Shown: piece after piece, positions 1 to 10,199 of the stretch
Layout of the letters: each line of letters begins with the position of its first letter
Numbering within the stretch: position 1 is the stretch's first letter
Assembly (NCBI GenBank): GCA_963744995.1
Contig: CAVUWA010000002.1
Span: forward strand, 384,001 to 448,000
Reading direction: 5' to 3'
Origin: Candidatus Eiseniibacteriota bacterium
GTDB lineage: Bacteria > Eisenbacteria > RBG-16-71-46
Length of the DNA stretch: 64,000 bases
Made by a program: the position numbers and the translations under genes
The notes under the pieces: model-generated
Databases searched by the model: none
What the model saw: only the letters and a program-made list of their open reading frames with translations
What the model was told of the DNA's origin: nothing

Positions 1-1790
1 GACCAGGCGAACGTCCAGTTCGTCGAGCCGCTTGCGAGCTGCCAGGTCGTTCCGCCGTCCACCGAGACCTCGACCCCGGCCACCACGCCGTCCACGTCGG
101 AGGCGGTGCCGGAGATCGTCGTCAGCGCGCCGGTCTGCACATGCGCGCCGTCCGCGGGCGAGGTGATCGCCGACACCGGCGCGGTGACGTCGGTGGACTG
201 GGTGGCGGCGACGAGGCCGGTCTGCAACGTGGCGGGCTGGACGCCCATGTCGGCGAGCAGATTCACCGTCGCCTGCTGCATGTCGGGCACTTCGGGATCG
301 CTGCCACGATCGTGGTTGGAGTCGAGGCCCCAGGCCCACTGCACGGTGCCCGCGCCGAACACCAGCGCGCCGCTCGGCGCGCGGTACAGCGACAGGTGGT
401 GGCGCTTGCCGTCGAAGTCGGTCTGCGAGAGCAGGATCCGCCCCGCGGGATAGAAGTCGTCGTACTGCTGCCAGTCCCACTCGTAGCCGAGCGTCGCGCT
501 GCCGAGCGTCGCCTCCTGCCCGGAACCGAGCGCGGCGATGCCCGTGTTGCGCCAGAAGCGCAGCGCGCCGTAGGCGGCAGGCACGTGGATCGCGGAGGTG
601 TTGCCGTCCCAGCTGATCTGGCCCGACAGCGCGTTCTCGGGCGAGCAGCCGTCGTTGGGCGCGTAGGTCGGCTCGCAGCCGTCGCGCCAGAGCCCCGTCC
701 ACACCCCGGTCAGCGGATCGCACTTGCCACCGCAGATGTTCTCGCCGAGCGTGCCTTCCTTGTAGCAGACCAGCGTTCGGTCGGGCGTGGCCGAGCCGTC
801 CGTGCTCGGCTCGAAGCGGGTCTTCCAGTAGATCTCGTTGCCGCTGAAGAACGCCAGGTGAACCCCTGCGTCGCGCGCCGCGGTGACGTTGGCGCGCTGT
901 TCCGCCGACCAGTACTCATCGTGGCCGACCGACAGGAACACCTGATGGTTGAGGAGCAGGCCGCCGGAGCGGTGCGTGTCGACGTCAGTGAAGTACGACA
1001 CGTCGTAGCCGTTGCGCTCGAGCCAGCGCACCATCGGGTACTCGGCGTTGAACACCCAGTCCTCGCTCGAGCCGCTGCCGCCGCCCCCGCCGCGGGTGGT
1101 GAAGGGACGGTTGTAGCTCACCTTGGAGGCGTGGTTCAGGGTCGGGGGCCCGCTCGCGCTGCCGACGTAGAGACTGTTGCCGCCGTAGCCGTTGTAGGCC
1201 TGCCAGGTGGCGTCCGAGGTCTGGAACAGGAGCTTCGAGGTGCTCGCGTCGTCGCGCACGATGAACACGATGTGGCTCGAGCCCTGGTTGTCGTCGCGAA
1301 TGACCTTGGCGAAATAGATGCCCGACACCGCGGAGGCGGGAACGTCCCACGAGGCCGATTCCGCCCAGTTGCCGCAGTCGGTGAGCCCGGTGGTCGCGTC
1401 GAAGAGCGGCGCCGGCTGCGACTGCGGCAGCGTCGCCGATGGCAGCACCGTGGCCACCTTGCGGGCGCCGTCGCCGTCGTAATACCCCATCCGGTAGATG
1501 TCGAGGTGGTACGCCGCCGCGTCGGTGTCGATCTTGAAATGCACCGTCTCGCCGCGGTTCACACTGATGTCCGTAGCGAAGCCCTGGATGGTGAGATCGC
1601 CCGCATCGGGATTGTCGAGGTCCCACTCGCTCGGCGGATTCCCCGGCAGCTGGTTCTCGGTCACGATCGCGTTCTGCGCGCGGGCGGTTCCGGGAAGGGC
1701 GGCCGCGAACAGCGCGCAAAAGCCGGCGCAGAGTCCGAGCAGGACGGATGTCCGGCGGCGCACACTCTGGATCGTCTGCGAATTGCTCAT
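1..1790 (-). CDS. Secreted N,N-dimethylformamidase beta-subunit-family (DUF6605-like) protein followed by an Ig-like domain; 3' end runs off the window
   Basis: Read manually (absent from the ORF track because there is no stop in the window). ATG at 1790 overlaps the upstream gene's TGA (ATGA). Signal peptide ...AALPGTARA|QNAIVTENQLPG, then IQGFATDISVNRGETVHFK, IYRMGYY, DCGNW, SGIYFAK, FQTSDATWQAYN and GHDEYWS, all typical of this family. Confidence 0.8.
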   Translation of the reverse strand, partial: MSNSQTIQSVRRRTSVLLGLCAGFCALFAAALPGTARAQNAIVTENQLPGNPPSEWDLDNPDAGDLTIQGFATDISVNRGETVHFKIDTDAAAYHLDIYRMGYYDGDGARKVATVLPSATLPQSQPAPLFDATTGLTDCGNWAESASWDVPASAVSGIYFAKVIRDDNQGSSHIVFIVRDDASTSKLLFQTSDATWQAYNGYGGNSLYVGSASGPPTLNHASKVSYNRPFTTRGGGGGSGSSEDWVFNAEYPMVRWLERNGYDVSYFTDVDTHRSGGLLLNHQVFLSVGHDEYWSAEQRANVTAARDAGVHLAFFSGNEIYWKTRFEPSTDGSATPDRTLVCYKEGTLGENICGGKCDPLTGVWTGLWRDGCEPTYAPNDGCSPENALSGQISWDGNTSAIHVPAAYGALRFWRNTGIAALGSGQEATLGSATLGYEWDWQQYDDFYPAGRILLSQTDFDGKRHHLSLYRAPSGALVFGAGTVQWAWGLDSNHDRGSDPEVPDMQQATVNLLADMGVQPATLQTGLVAATQSTDVTAPVSAITSPADGAHVQTGALTTISGTASDVDGVVAGVEVSVDGGTTWQLASGSTNWTFAW

Positions 1791-2488
1791 CCCTGGTATC
1801 TCCAGCACGCGGACGGCATCTCCGCGTCGCCGTTGAGCGGAGCGGCAACCGGCAGCAGGGGCCGCACGCGCAGCCCGGTCCACCGGTCGTGTTCCGGCTT
1901 CGCCTTCGTCACGATGACCACGGCGCCCCGCGAGGTGGCGGGACGCACATACAGGCCGGCGTCGTAGAACTGCACGCGGCGCAGGTGGACGACGGTCGTC
2001 CCGCCCTCCGGTCCCGCGCGGAAGTGCAGGTGATGCAATGTTCCGGGCCCTTCGAGGGACACACCGCCGCAGAGGATCACGTGCGAGATGGTCATGCTGT
2101 CGGCGCGTGCGGCGAAGCGATGAAAGGTGTTTCCGCATGCGCCCGTCATGAGGTCGCCCTCGTCATCGCGCGGATCGGTCGCGGGCACGAACTCGACCAC
2201 GGTCGTGTCGAATGCGACGACCGCGTCGTATGCGTTGAAATGCTTGCCGGGTGACTCGATGCGCAGCTCGAGCGTGAACGAGCCCCCGGGCGCGACGCGC
2301 ACGGTGTCGGGGGAGAGCGCAGCGTGCACGGCGTCCGGGGCATCGGCCGCCGGCGCGGCGCCGAACGACCACGAGGCAAACGCGAGAGACGCCGCAGCGC
2401 CCACCGCGGCACCGCCGGCAGGATGGAGCCACCGGTGGCGCCGGGGGGCCGGGACGAGCCGGCTTCTATGCGAGTTCGAGAGATTCAT
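1787..2488 (-). CDS. Secreted cohesin-like beta-sandwich protein
   Basis: Signal-like N-terminus, then LSPDTVRVAPGGSFTLELRI...FNAYDAVVAFDTTVVEF...GPGTLHHLHFRA, a cohesin-like strand pattern. Translationally coupled to the downstream gene. Confidence 0.6.
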   Translation of the reverse strand: MNLSNSHRSRLVPAPRRHRWLHPAGGAAVGAAASLAFASWSFGAAPAADAPDAVHAALSPDTVRVAPGGSFTLELRIESPGKHFNAYDAVVAFDTTVVEFVPATDPRDDEGDLMTGACGNTFHRFAARADSMTISHVILCGGVSLEGPGTLHHLHFRAGPEGGTTVVHLRRVQFYDAGLYVRPATSRGAVVIVTKAKPEHDRWTGLRVRPLLPVAAPLNGDAEMPSACWRYQG

Positions 2489-2536
2489 GGTCCGATGCCG
2501 GGCGCCGCACGGTTGCGGCGCCCGGCGTTCGGTTCC

Positions 2537-5500
2537 CTACTTCAGGAACGTCAGCTTGCGGGTGAACTGCGCGCCCGGCGTCACCATCCGGATGAAATAC
2601 GCACCCGGCGCAAGTGCACGACCGGTGTCATCGCATCCGTCCCACGCCATCCGGTATTCGCCCGCTTCACGGAACCCGCGAGCGAGCGTGCGCACACGGC
2701 GCCCGTCTACCGAGTAGAGCGAGATCTCCACCGGGCCCGCCTGGGCGAGCCCGAACACCACGGTCGCCGATCCACGCGACGGATTCGGCACCGCGCCCGA
2801 CAGGGTCGTGGTGAGCGGCACCGGTCGCGGCAGCGGGCCGGTCGAGGCGGCCATCGTGACCTTGTGATTCGCGCCGTCGCGGGCGTCCACCGACGCGATC
2901 CCGAACTGCGGATCGCCCTCGGCGATCACCCGGAAACGCAGCTTCGCAATCGTGCCTTCGCCCACGAGGCCGGTGCGGTTGCGGCCGAGCAGCGCTGCGT
3001 CCACGGTGCCGGGCCGCGCCGACAGCACGACGCCGTTCTGAGCGTCGATCAGCGCTCCGCTCGAGACGCCTGCAGGGGCCACCACGGCCGGATTCCAGGT
3101 GAGCGCGACCGACATGGCCTGCACGAGGCCGTTGCCGCTGGCGTCGAGTCCGACTTCGATGTCGGCACCGGTTGCGACGCGACCCGGCGCGTGCAGGACG
3201 AGAGCGTTCGAGCCGCCCGCCGCCGCGACCGGGTGCGCCGCCGCCTGCGGCGCGGTCACCTGCCCGTAGTTGATCGCGAACATCACCAGATCTTCGAAAT
3301 TGATGACATTGTCGGTCGACGGCAGGGCGTCCACCGAGAGGTCGGCGGTGGGGCCGACATCGAGGTAGCCGACCGGATCGGAGGCGCCGAGCACGAGACC
3401 GTAGTTGGAGCCGAGCAGCGAGATGTCCTCGGTGGCGACCGCGTTGTTGCCCTGTCCGGGCGTGCTGCCGTCGCTCACGTCGCCGAGGTGGTAGTTGAGC
3501 GTGCCGGTGGTCACGTTCGACGGAGGCGACCATCCGCCGCCGCCGTTCTGCGTATAGAGCACGTAGTAGTAGAAGTCGCGCGTCGCGGGCTCGTCCGTCT
3601 GGCCGGAGGCGGTGACGCCGGTGAGCGTCCACGGCCCGGACGGCGGATAGGCGCCCGGCGCCGGCGGCGCGGCGCCGCCGTTGTCGTCGTACTCGGGATA
3701 CCCGCCGAAGCCGGCGCGGTAGACCTCGACCGCGGCGACGCCGGAAGGCGCCGTGAAGGTCAGCGTGATCTTCGTCGTGCCGTCGGTGTCGTTGCCGGAC
3801 TTGAGCTGCGCGGCCGCCAGATCACCGAGCGCGTCGTCGTTGAGGATCGTGCCCGTGCCGGTCGCCGTCGTAAGAGTGGCGTTGACCGGGTTGCTCAGGT
3901 TCACCGTGAACGTCTCGTCCGGTTCGCTGCCGGTGTCGCCGTTCACGACCACGACGACCGGCTTCGTGGTCTCGCCCGGGTTGAATGTCAGCGTCGTCGT
4001 GCCGATCGCGGTGAAGTCGCCGGGCGCGATGGCGCCGCCGTTGGCGGTCGCGTAGTCGACCGTCACGACCTGCCCGCTCGCGGCCGACAGCGTCACGGTG
4101 AAGTCGAAGTTCGTGGTGCCGGCGTCACCTTCGGCCAGCGCCACGTCGTCGATCGAGAGCGTCGGTTCGGCGTCGTCGTCCAGGATCGTGACGGTGACCT
4201 GCTGCGTGCCGTTCTCGGTCGCACCGGCGCTCACCGCGTCGACGTCCACCACGACGTCCTCGTCGGGCTCGTCGATCGCGTCCTGCACCGCGGCGATCGT
4301 GACGCTGCCGGTGGTGCCGAGCGCCGGGATGACGATCTGGGTGCCGGAGCGGGTGTAGTCGTCGTTGAGGGTCGCGGCGCCGGAGAACGCGAGGTCGACC
4401 GTGATCGCCGCGCTGCTCTGGCCGGACAGGGTCGCGGTGACCGTGGCCGGGCTGTCGGAGCCGTCTTCGGCCAGCGTCGCCGTATCGACGCTCAGCGACA
4501 CGGTCGGCTCGGCGTCGTCGTCCAGGATCGTGACGGTGACCTGCTGCGTGCCGTTCTCGGTCGCGCCGGCGCTCACCGCGTCGACGTCCACCACGACGTC
4601 CTCGTCGGGCTCGTCGATCGCGTCCTGCACCGCGGCGATCGTGACGCTGCCGGTGGTGCCGAGCGCCGGGATGACGATCTGGGTGCCGGAGCGGGTGTAG
4701 TCGTCGTTGAGGGTCGCGGCGCCGGAGAACGCGAGGTCGACCGTGATCGCCGCGCTGCTCTGGCCGGACAGGGTCGCGGTGACCGTGGCCGGGCTGTCGG
4801 AGCCGTCTTCGGCCAGCGTCGCCGTATCGACGCTCAGCGACACGGTCGGCTCGGCGTCGTCGTCCAGGATCGTGACGGTGACCTGCTGCGTGCCGTTCTC
4901 GGTCGCACCGGCGCTCACCGCGTCGACGTCCACCACGACGTCCTCGTCGGGCTCGTCGATCGCGTCCTGCACCGCGGCGATCGTGACGCTGCCGGTGGTG
5001 CCGAGCGCCGGGATGACGATCTGGGTGCCGGAGCGGGTGTAGTCGTCGTTGAGGGTCGCGGCGCCGGAGAACGCGAGGTCGACCGTGATCGCCGCGCTGC
5101 TCTGGCCGGACAGGGTCGCGGTGACCGTGGCCGGGCTGTCGGAGCCGTCTTCGGCCAGCGTCGCCGTATCGACGCTCAGCGACACGGTCGGTTCGGCGTC
5201 ATTGTCCTGGATCGTCCCCGTACCGGTGGCGGTGGTGATCGAGGCGCCCGAAGGGTTCGACAGGCCGACCGTGAAATCCTCGTCGGGCTCGTCGACGGCA
5301 TCGTCGTTGATCGTCACGCTGACCGGCTTGCTCGACTCGCCGACGTTGAAGGTGAGCGTCGTCGTGCCGATCGCGACATAGTCGTCCGGCGCGACGGCGG
5401 AGCCGTCGGCCGTCGCGTAGTCGACCGTCACGGTCTGACCGGCCGGTACCGGCGCGTTCAGCGATACCGTGAACGTCGCGGTGCCGTCACCTTCATCGAC

Positions 5501-6583
5501 CGTCACGTCGTCGATCGACAGCTGGTTCTCGGCGAACGTGGCGGTAATGGTGTGGTCGGCGGTCACGTTGTTGAACGTGTAATCGGTCTGCACGCCCTGC
5601 GAGTTGCCGTCCACGACCACGTCGGTCGTGTGGTAGCCGGCATCCGGGGTGATGGTGAAGGCCTGGGTGCCGTCGTAAACGACGTTCACGGGGCCGGCGG
5701 GCGCGATCGAGCCGTTGGCGCCCTGGGTCACCGTGATCACGTAGTAGCCGATCGTGAACACCGCGTCACTCACGTCCTGAACCGAATTGCCGTTGACGTC
5801 GCGGGCGGTCACGCGCACCAGCGCGGTGGTCGAGGCGTCGTTCGGGACGGCCCAGGCGTAGCTGCCGCTGTTCGCCAGATTCGTGGCGATCGAGACCCAC
5901 GACGAGCCGTTGTCGTTGGAGTAATCGAGGTCGATGCCCGCGGCGTCGATCGCCTCGTCGTCCGAGGCCGTCCAGGTGATGTTCTGCGTGGAGCCGACGA
6001 CCCAGAACTCGCCGCCGTTGGGAGCGGTCACGGCCGCGCTCGGCAGTGTGTTGTCGATGCCCGCCGACGCGGCCGTGCCGATCGACGAGGACAGCGTGGC
6101 GTTGCTGCAGTCACGCAGAATCACGTTGGTGATCGTCACCGTGCCCGTGCCGGAAGGATCGGTGCTGGCGACGTCGATGCTGAAGAGCGTGCCGGTCAGC
6201 GCGGAGCTGCCGCACGGCGTGCCCAGCGTCACGCCGTCGGCGGTGTACTGACCGCCGCCATGGTCGATGACCTGAAAATTCGTAGCCGCTCCGTCGGCGG
6301 CGAGAAACCCACCGAGCGTGATGCTCGACGTTCCCGAAGGCAGTGACAGTTCGGAAGACACGGTGAAATCGACGCTGAACCCGAGCACCGGCGTGTTGTC
6401 GGTGCGCGTGATCGTCACGGGGACCGACACCGGCGTGTTCGTCGTCGAGATCTTGCCCGAAGGCGAAACGGCGTCGATCGTGGTCTGGGCCATGGCCGTG
6501 GAGACGGTCGCCGCGCTCAGAAACAGCAGCGCGGCAAGCCCGGAGGCAATGCGCGTGACAGGTCGGAGAAGGAGCTGGGTCAT
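2537..6583 (-). CDS. Large secreted multidomain protein: cohesin-like, Ig-like, 5x Calx-beta, dockerin-like, cohesin-like, C-terminal FlgD-Ig domain
   Basis: Start reassigned to ATG 6583 (GGAG RBS; signal peptide MTQLLL...TAMA|Q). Calx-beta motifs (LSIDDV...VTVDYATADG...D..DEPDE.F.V.L...GTI.DND). Paired EF-hand-like segments (LGDVSDG...EDISLLGSNYG / DNVINFEDLVMFAINYG). C-terminus PNPSRG...YSVDGRRVRTL...WDGCDDTGRALAPGAYFIRM. Confidence 0.85.
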   Translation of the reverse strand: MTQLLLRPVTRIASGLAALLFLSAATVSTAMAQTTIDAVSPSGKISTTNTPVSVPVTITRTDNTPVLGFSVDFTVSSELSLPSGTSSITLGGFLAADGAATNFQVIDHGGGQYTADGVTLGTPCGSSALTGTLFSIDVASTDPSGTGTVTITNVILRDCSNATLSSSIGTAASAGIDNTLPSAAVTAPNGGEFWVVGSTQNITWTASDDEAIDAAGIDLDYSNDNGSSWVSIATNLANSGSYAWAVPNDASTTALVRVTARDVNGNSVQDVSDAVFTIGYYVITVTQGANGSIAPAGPVNVVYDGTQAFTITPDAGYHTTDVVVDGNSQGVQTDYTFNNVTADHTITATFAENQLSIDDVTVDEGDGTATFTVSLNAPVPAGQTVTVDYATADGSAVAPDDYVAIGTTTLTFNVGESSKPVSVTINDDAVDEPDEDFTVGLSNPSGASITTATGTGTIQDNDAEPTVSLSVDTATLAEDGSDSPATVTATLSGQSSAAITVDLAFSGAATLNDDYTRSGTQIVIPALGTTGSVTIAAVQDAIDEPDEDVVVDVDAVSAGATENGTQQVTVTILDDDAEPTVSLSVDTATLAEDGSDSPATVTATLSGQSSAAITVDLAFSGAATLNDDYTRSGTQIVIPALGTTGSVTIAAVQDAIDEPDEDVVVDVDAVSAGATENGTQQVTVTILDDDAEPTVSLSVDTATLAEDGSDSPATVTATLSGQSSAAITVDLAFSGAATLNDDYTRSGTQIVIPALGTTGSVTIAAVQDAIDEPDEDVVVDVDAVSAGATENGTQQVTVTILDDDAEPTLSIDDVALAEGDAGTTNFDFTVTLSAASGQVVTVDYATANGGAIAPGDFTAIGTTTLTFNPGETTKPVVVVVNGDTGSEPDETFTVNLSNPVNATLTTATGTGTILNDDALGDLAAAQLKSGNDTDGTTKITLTFTAPSGVAAVEVYRAGFGGYPEYDDNGGAAPPAPGAYPPSGPWTLTGVTASGQTDEPATRDFYYYVLYTQNGGGGWSPPSNVTTGTLNYHLGDVSDGSTPGQGNNAVATEDISLLGSNYGLVLGASDPVGYLDVGPTADLSVDALPSTDNVINFEDLVMFAINYGQVTAPQAAAHPVAAAGGSNALVLHAPGRVATGADIEVGLDASGNGLVQAMSVALTWNPAVVAPAGVSSGALIDAQNGVVLSARPGTVDAALLGRNRTGLVGEGTIAKLRFRVIAEGDPQFGIASVDARDGANHKVTMAASTGPLPRPVPLTTTLSGAVPNPSRGSATVVFGLAQAGPVEISLYSVDGRRVRTLARGFREAGEYRMAWDGCDDTGRALAPGAYFIRMVTPGAQFTRKLTFLK
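4161..5200. repeat. Three tandem near-identical 342-bp direct repeats (114-aa Calx-beta-like unit) plus a short partial copy
   Basis: Units start at 4161, 4503, 4845 and 5187 (period 342). The translated units are identical, and I saw only isolated synonymous differences (e.g. gcaccggcg vs gcgccggcg). Confidence 0.97.
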
Positions 6584-7435
6584 GGTGATCTCCGGTGGGG
6601 AGTACACGCATCGAACGGCATGCGTGTGGCTGAGGGACGGAGTTTCGCTGGAAAGTCGACGGGGAAACGTGCCGCAAGCGGCCACATGGGCGGCCGCTGG
6701 GCCGTCGCCGGCGCGGGCGTGCAGCACGGCGGGCGCGTGAAGTCACGCCTGCCGGAACGTGCCGGCGGCGAGCCGGGAGGTAATTCGAGAAGTGCGCCGG
6801 GGCGATCGGGCCAATGCATCGAACGCCGGGCGCGCTGGATGGCGGCCCACGAAGTCATGCGATCTCGAGCGTTGAAAACTTCAGCGTCACGCCGGGATGC
6901 GTGCCGGCAGCGCACAAGGTGGCGCACTGCATCTCCGAGGGGGGTGGGAGCTGCACTGCACGGTCGCTGCGGCCTGCAGCTCGGCGAAAGGGTCCCGGTG
7001 AGTGGGAACGTTTGCCAAACAATATGGTCCACCCCCTGCACGCCGCGGGCAAGCGATACTTCGCAAAGAACGCATGAAAGTTCTCCGGGATGGGGCAAAC
7101 TGACGCCGCGTGTATCAAATGTCTTTATGAACGTAGACCAAAGTAGAAGGTCCAGGCGGCATTGCGCGGAGGATGCGGCGCGATGGGCAGGCCCGGGCTG
7201 CCGCCGTCGCCGGAGGGACGGCGACAGTCCGCAACCCGGGAGGCGGCCCGCGCTGCTCGAGCCCGGTGCAGGCATGCGGGAGCCGCGGGCGTCTCCCGCG
7301 CGGCGCCACGCGGATCCGCCGCCTTGAGCCGCGCTGCCGCAGGGCCTAGGATTGCCGATTCACACGGAATCCAGCGGGGGGACGCGTTCAACTGCTTGTC
7401 CGCCCTGCGGATGCACCTTCGCCTGAGAGGCCAGC

Positions 7436-8848
7436 ATGGGACTTCTGATCCGTCACGGTGAGATCGTCACCGCCAGCGACCGTTACGTCGCCGACGTCTA
7501 CTGCGATGGCGGCCGCATCGCCGCCATCGGCAGCGCGCTCGAGAAGCGCGGCAGCGACGACCAGGTCATCGACGCGTCCGGCAAACTGCTGCTGCCGGGT
7601 TTCATCGATCCCCACGTTCACATGGAGCTGCCGTTCATGGGCACGGTGTCGTGCGACGACTTCTTTTCCGGGCCCGCCTCGGGAGTCGCCGGCGGCACCA
7701 CCTGCTTCATCGACTTCTGCATTCCGTCACCGGGCACCTCGCTGCTCGAAGGCCTCGCGGACTGGCGCAGGAAGAGTTCGAAGTCGCCGGTCGACTACAC
7801 GGCCCACATGGCCATCACATCATGGAGCGACCGCACGGCGGCCGAGATGACGGAGGTGGTCGAGAAACACGGCATCACGTCGTTCAAGGTGTTCATGGCA
7901 TACAAGGGTGCGATCATGGTCGACGACCACGCGCTCTATCAGGTGATGAAGAACGCGGCCCGGCTGGGCGCAGTCGTCACCGTGCACGCCGAGAACGGCG
8001 ATGCCGTCTTCAACCTGCAGAAAGAGCTCGTTGCGGCCGGCGATCTCGGCCCCGAGTACCATCCCGTATCGCGGCCCAGCGCGGTCGAGGGCGAAGCCAC
8101 CGGGCGTGCGCTGATGATGGCGCGGTTGCACGGCGCGGTGCCGTACATCGTCCACATGACCTGCAAGGAATCGGTGGCGGCGCTCGAGCGTGCGAAACTC
8201 GACGGGCAGAAGTGCTACGGCGAGACCTGCCCGCAGTACCTGCTGCTCGACGATACCGTGTTCACGAAGCCCGACTTCGAAGGCGCCACGTACGTCATGA
8301 GCCCGCCGATCAGGCCGGGCCACGTCGGGCACCAGGAATCGCTGTGGAACGGGATCTCCACCGGCATGCTCGACTCGGTCGGCACCGACCACTGCCCGTT
8401 CATGTTCGAGCAGAAGAAGATGGGCAAGGACGATTTCACGAAGATCCCGAACGGTGCGGCGGGGATCGAGGATCGGCTGATGATGCTGCACACCCACGGC
8501 GTGCTGAAGGGCCGCTTCGACCTGCAGCGCATGGTCGCCCTCGGCAGCACGAATCCGGCGCGGATCTTCGGACTGTACCCGCGCAAGGGAACGATCGCCG
8601 TCGGCAGCGACGCGGACCTCGTGGTGTTCGATCCGAACGCCAGGGGTAAGCGCGGCGCGAAAGCGCATCACTCGAAGGCGGACCGCAGCATCTTCGAGGG
8701 CTTCGAGGTCACCGGCATGCCGTCGCAGGTGATCGTCAACGGCCGCGTCCAGTTCGAGAAAGGCAAGCTGTCGGTCGAGAAGGGCGCCGGTCGGTTCATC
8801 GAGCGTGCGGTTCAGCAGACGCACATGCCGCACATGGCCGGTGTATGA
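7436..8848 (+). CDS. hydA: Dihydropyrimidinase (D-hydantoinase)
   Basis: Amidohydrolase metal-binding motifs PGFIDPHVHM, SFKVFMAY (carbamylated Lys), HAENG, VHMT, TDHCPF and IPNG; pyrimidine-catabolism context. Confidence 0.93.
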   Translation: MGLLIRHGEIVTASDRYVADVYCDGGRIAAIGSALEKRGSDDQVIDASGKLLLPGFIDPHVHMELPFMGTVSCDDFFSGPASGVAGGTTCFIDFCIPSPGTSLLEGLADWRRKSSKSPVDYTAHMAITSWSDRTAAEMTEVVEKHGITSFKVFMAYKGAIMVDDHALYQVMKNAARLGAVVTVHAENGDAVFNLQKELVAAGDLGPEYHPVSRPSAVEGEATGRALMMARLHGAVPYIVHMTCKESVAALERAKLDGQKCYGETCPQYLLLDDTVFTKPDFEGATYVMSPPIRPGHVGHQESLWNGISTGMLDSVGTDHCPFMFEQKKMGKDDFTKIPNGAAGIEDRLMMLHTHGVLKGRFDLQRMVALGSTNPARIFGLYPRKGTIAVGSDADLVVFDPNARGKRGAKAHHSKADRSIFEGFEVTGMPSQVIVNGRVQFEKGKLSVEKGAGRFIERAVQQTHMPHMAGV

Positions 8849-8867
8849 CCGGGGAGAGGAGACGCTG

Positions 8868-10199
8868 TTGAATCCGAAGACATCCGACCCGACGGGTGCC
8901 GCGACATCGGCCGAAGTCCGGTCGAAGCACGAGAAGTACCTGTTCCCCGCGGTCACCCACTACTACGCCGAGTCCACCGTGCTCGCCGAGGGCAAGGGCC
9001 TGAGGCTCCGGGACCTCGACGGCCGCGAGTACCTCGATTTCTTCGGCGGCATCCTCACGGTCTCCGTGGGCCACTGCAACGACGAGGTCAACGCCGCCGT
9101 GAAGGCGCAGATCGACCGCCTCGGGCACGTCTCGACGCTGTACCCGACACTGCCGATCGTCGAGCTGGCCGAGAAGCTGGCGTCGATCTCGCCGGGCGAT
9201 CTGCAGAAGTGCTATTTCACCGCGAGCGGCACCGAGGCCGACGAGACGGCGGTGATGATGGCGCAGCTCGCCACCGGCAGGCAGGAGATCATCGCACTCC
9301 GGCACGGTTATTCGGGCCGCTCGATGCTGGCGCAATCCCTGACGGCGCAGGCCCCGTGGCGGGCCGTCACCACCCAGGTGGCGGCGGTGAAGCACGCGAT
9401 GGCGCCCTACTGCTACCGCTGTCCGCTCGGGCTCACGTATCCATCGTGCGAGGTGCGCTGCGCGCGCGACATCGAGGAGCTGATTCAGACCACGACCACC
9501 GGGCAGCCGGCCGCTTTCCTCGCCGAGCCGATCCAGGGCGTGGGCGGTTTCGTGACGCCGCCGAAGGAGTACTTCCAGATCGCCGTGGAGATCGTGCGGC
9601 GCCACGGCGGCGTGTTCATCTGCGATGAGGTGCAGACCGGCTTTGGCCGCACGGGCGACAAATGGTGGGGCTGCGAGCACTACGGCGTCGAGCCCGACAT
9701 CATGACGATGGCCAAGGGCATCGCCAACGGCATGCCGCTGTCCGCGACCATCTGCACGCCGGCGATCGCCGACTCGCTCACCAAGATGACGATCTCGACG
9801 TTCGGCGGGAATCCGGTGAGCTGCGCCGCCGCCAACGCGACGATCGGCTACATGGAGCGTCACGATCTGCGGACGAACGCGGCCGGGCAGGGCCGGCGCC
9901 TGCACGACGGCCTGCGCAGGATCCAGGCGAAGTACCCGCGGACGATCGGCGACGTGCGCGGCATGGGACTGATGGCCGGCGTCGAGCTGGTCGAAGACGA
10001 GACCCGGGGCGATCGCACGCCGAACGGGAAGAAGACCGCGCAGCTCTTCGAGGAGACGAAGAAGCGCGGGCTGCTGATCGGCAAGGGCGGTCTCTACGGC
10101 AACGTGCTGCGCATCTCGCCGCCGCTCACGGTGACGGCGGCCGAAGTGGACGAGGCGCTCGGCAAGCTCGACGAGTCGTTCGGGGCGATCGGCGCGTGA
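8868..10199 (+). CDS. Class-III PLP aminotransferase (AGXT2/beta-alanine aminotransferase-like)
   Basis: YLDFFGGILTVSVGH, AEPIQGVGG, DEVQTGFGRTG, MAKGIANG (PLP Lys), TFGGNP. TTG start at 8868 after an AGGAGA RBS. Confidence 0.9.
   Translation: MNPKTSDPTGAATSAEVRSKHEKYLFPAVTHYYAESTVLAEGKGLRLRDLDGREYLDFFGGILTVSVGHCNDEVNAAVKAQIDRLGHVSTLYPTLPIVELAEKLASISPGDLQKCYFTASGTEADETAVMMAQLATGRQEIIALRHGYSGRSMLAQSLTAQAPWRAVTTQVAAVKHAMAPYCYRCPLGLTYPSCEVRCARDIEELIQTTTTGQPAAFLAEPIQGVGGFVTPPKEYFQIAVEIVRRHGGVFICDEVQTGFGRTGDKWWGCEHYGVEPDIMTMAKGIANGMPLSATICTPAIADSLTKMTISTFGGNPVSCAAANATIGYMERHDLRTNAAGQGRRLHDGLRRIQAKYPRTIGDVRGMGLMAGVELVEDETRGDRTPNGKKTAQLFEETKKRGLLIGKGGLYGNVLRISPPLTVTAAEVDEALGKLDESFGAIGA

Noticed and set aside
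4161..5200. Periodic repeats as a CRISPR array or mobile element
   Set aside because: These are 342-bp in-frame coding repeats with no unique spacers and no cas or transposase genes.
141..6346. Long + strand ORFs (141-1967, 2324-6346) and similar ones elsewhere (e.g. 18911-20932, 26864-29566, 51734-54049)
   Set aside because: They are antisense shadows of real high-GC genes: Arg/Gly-rich with no recognisable motifs.
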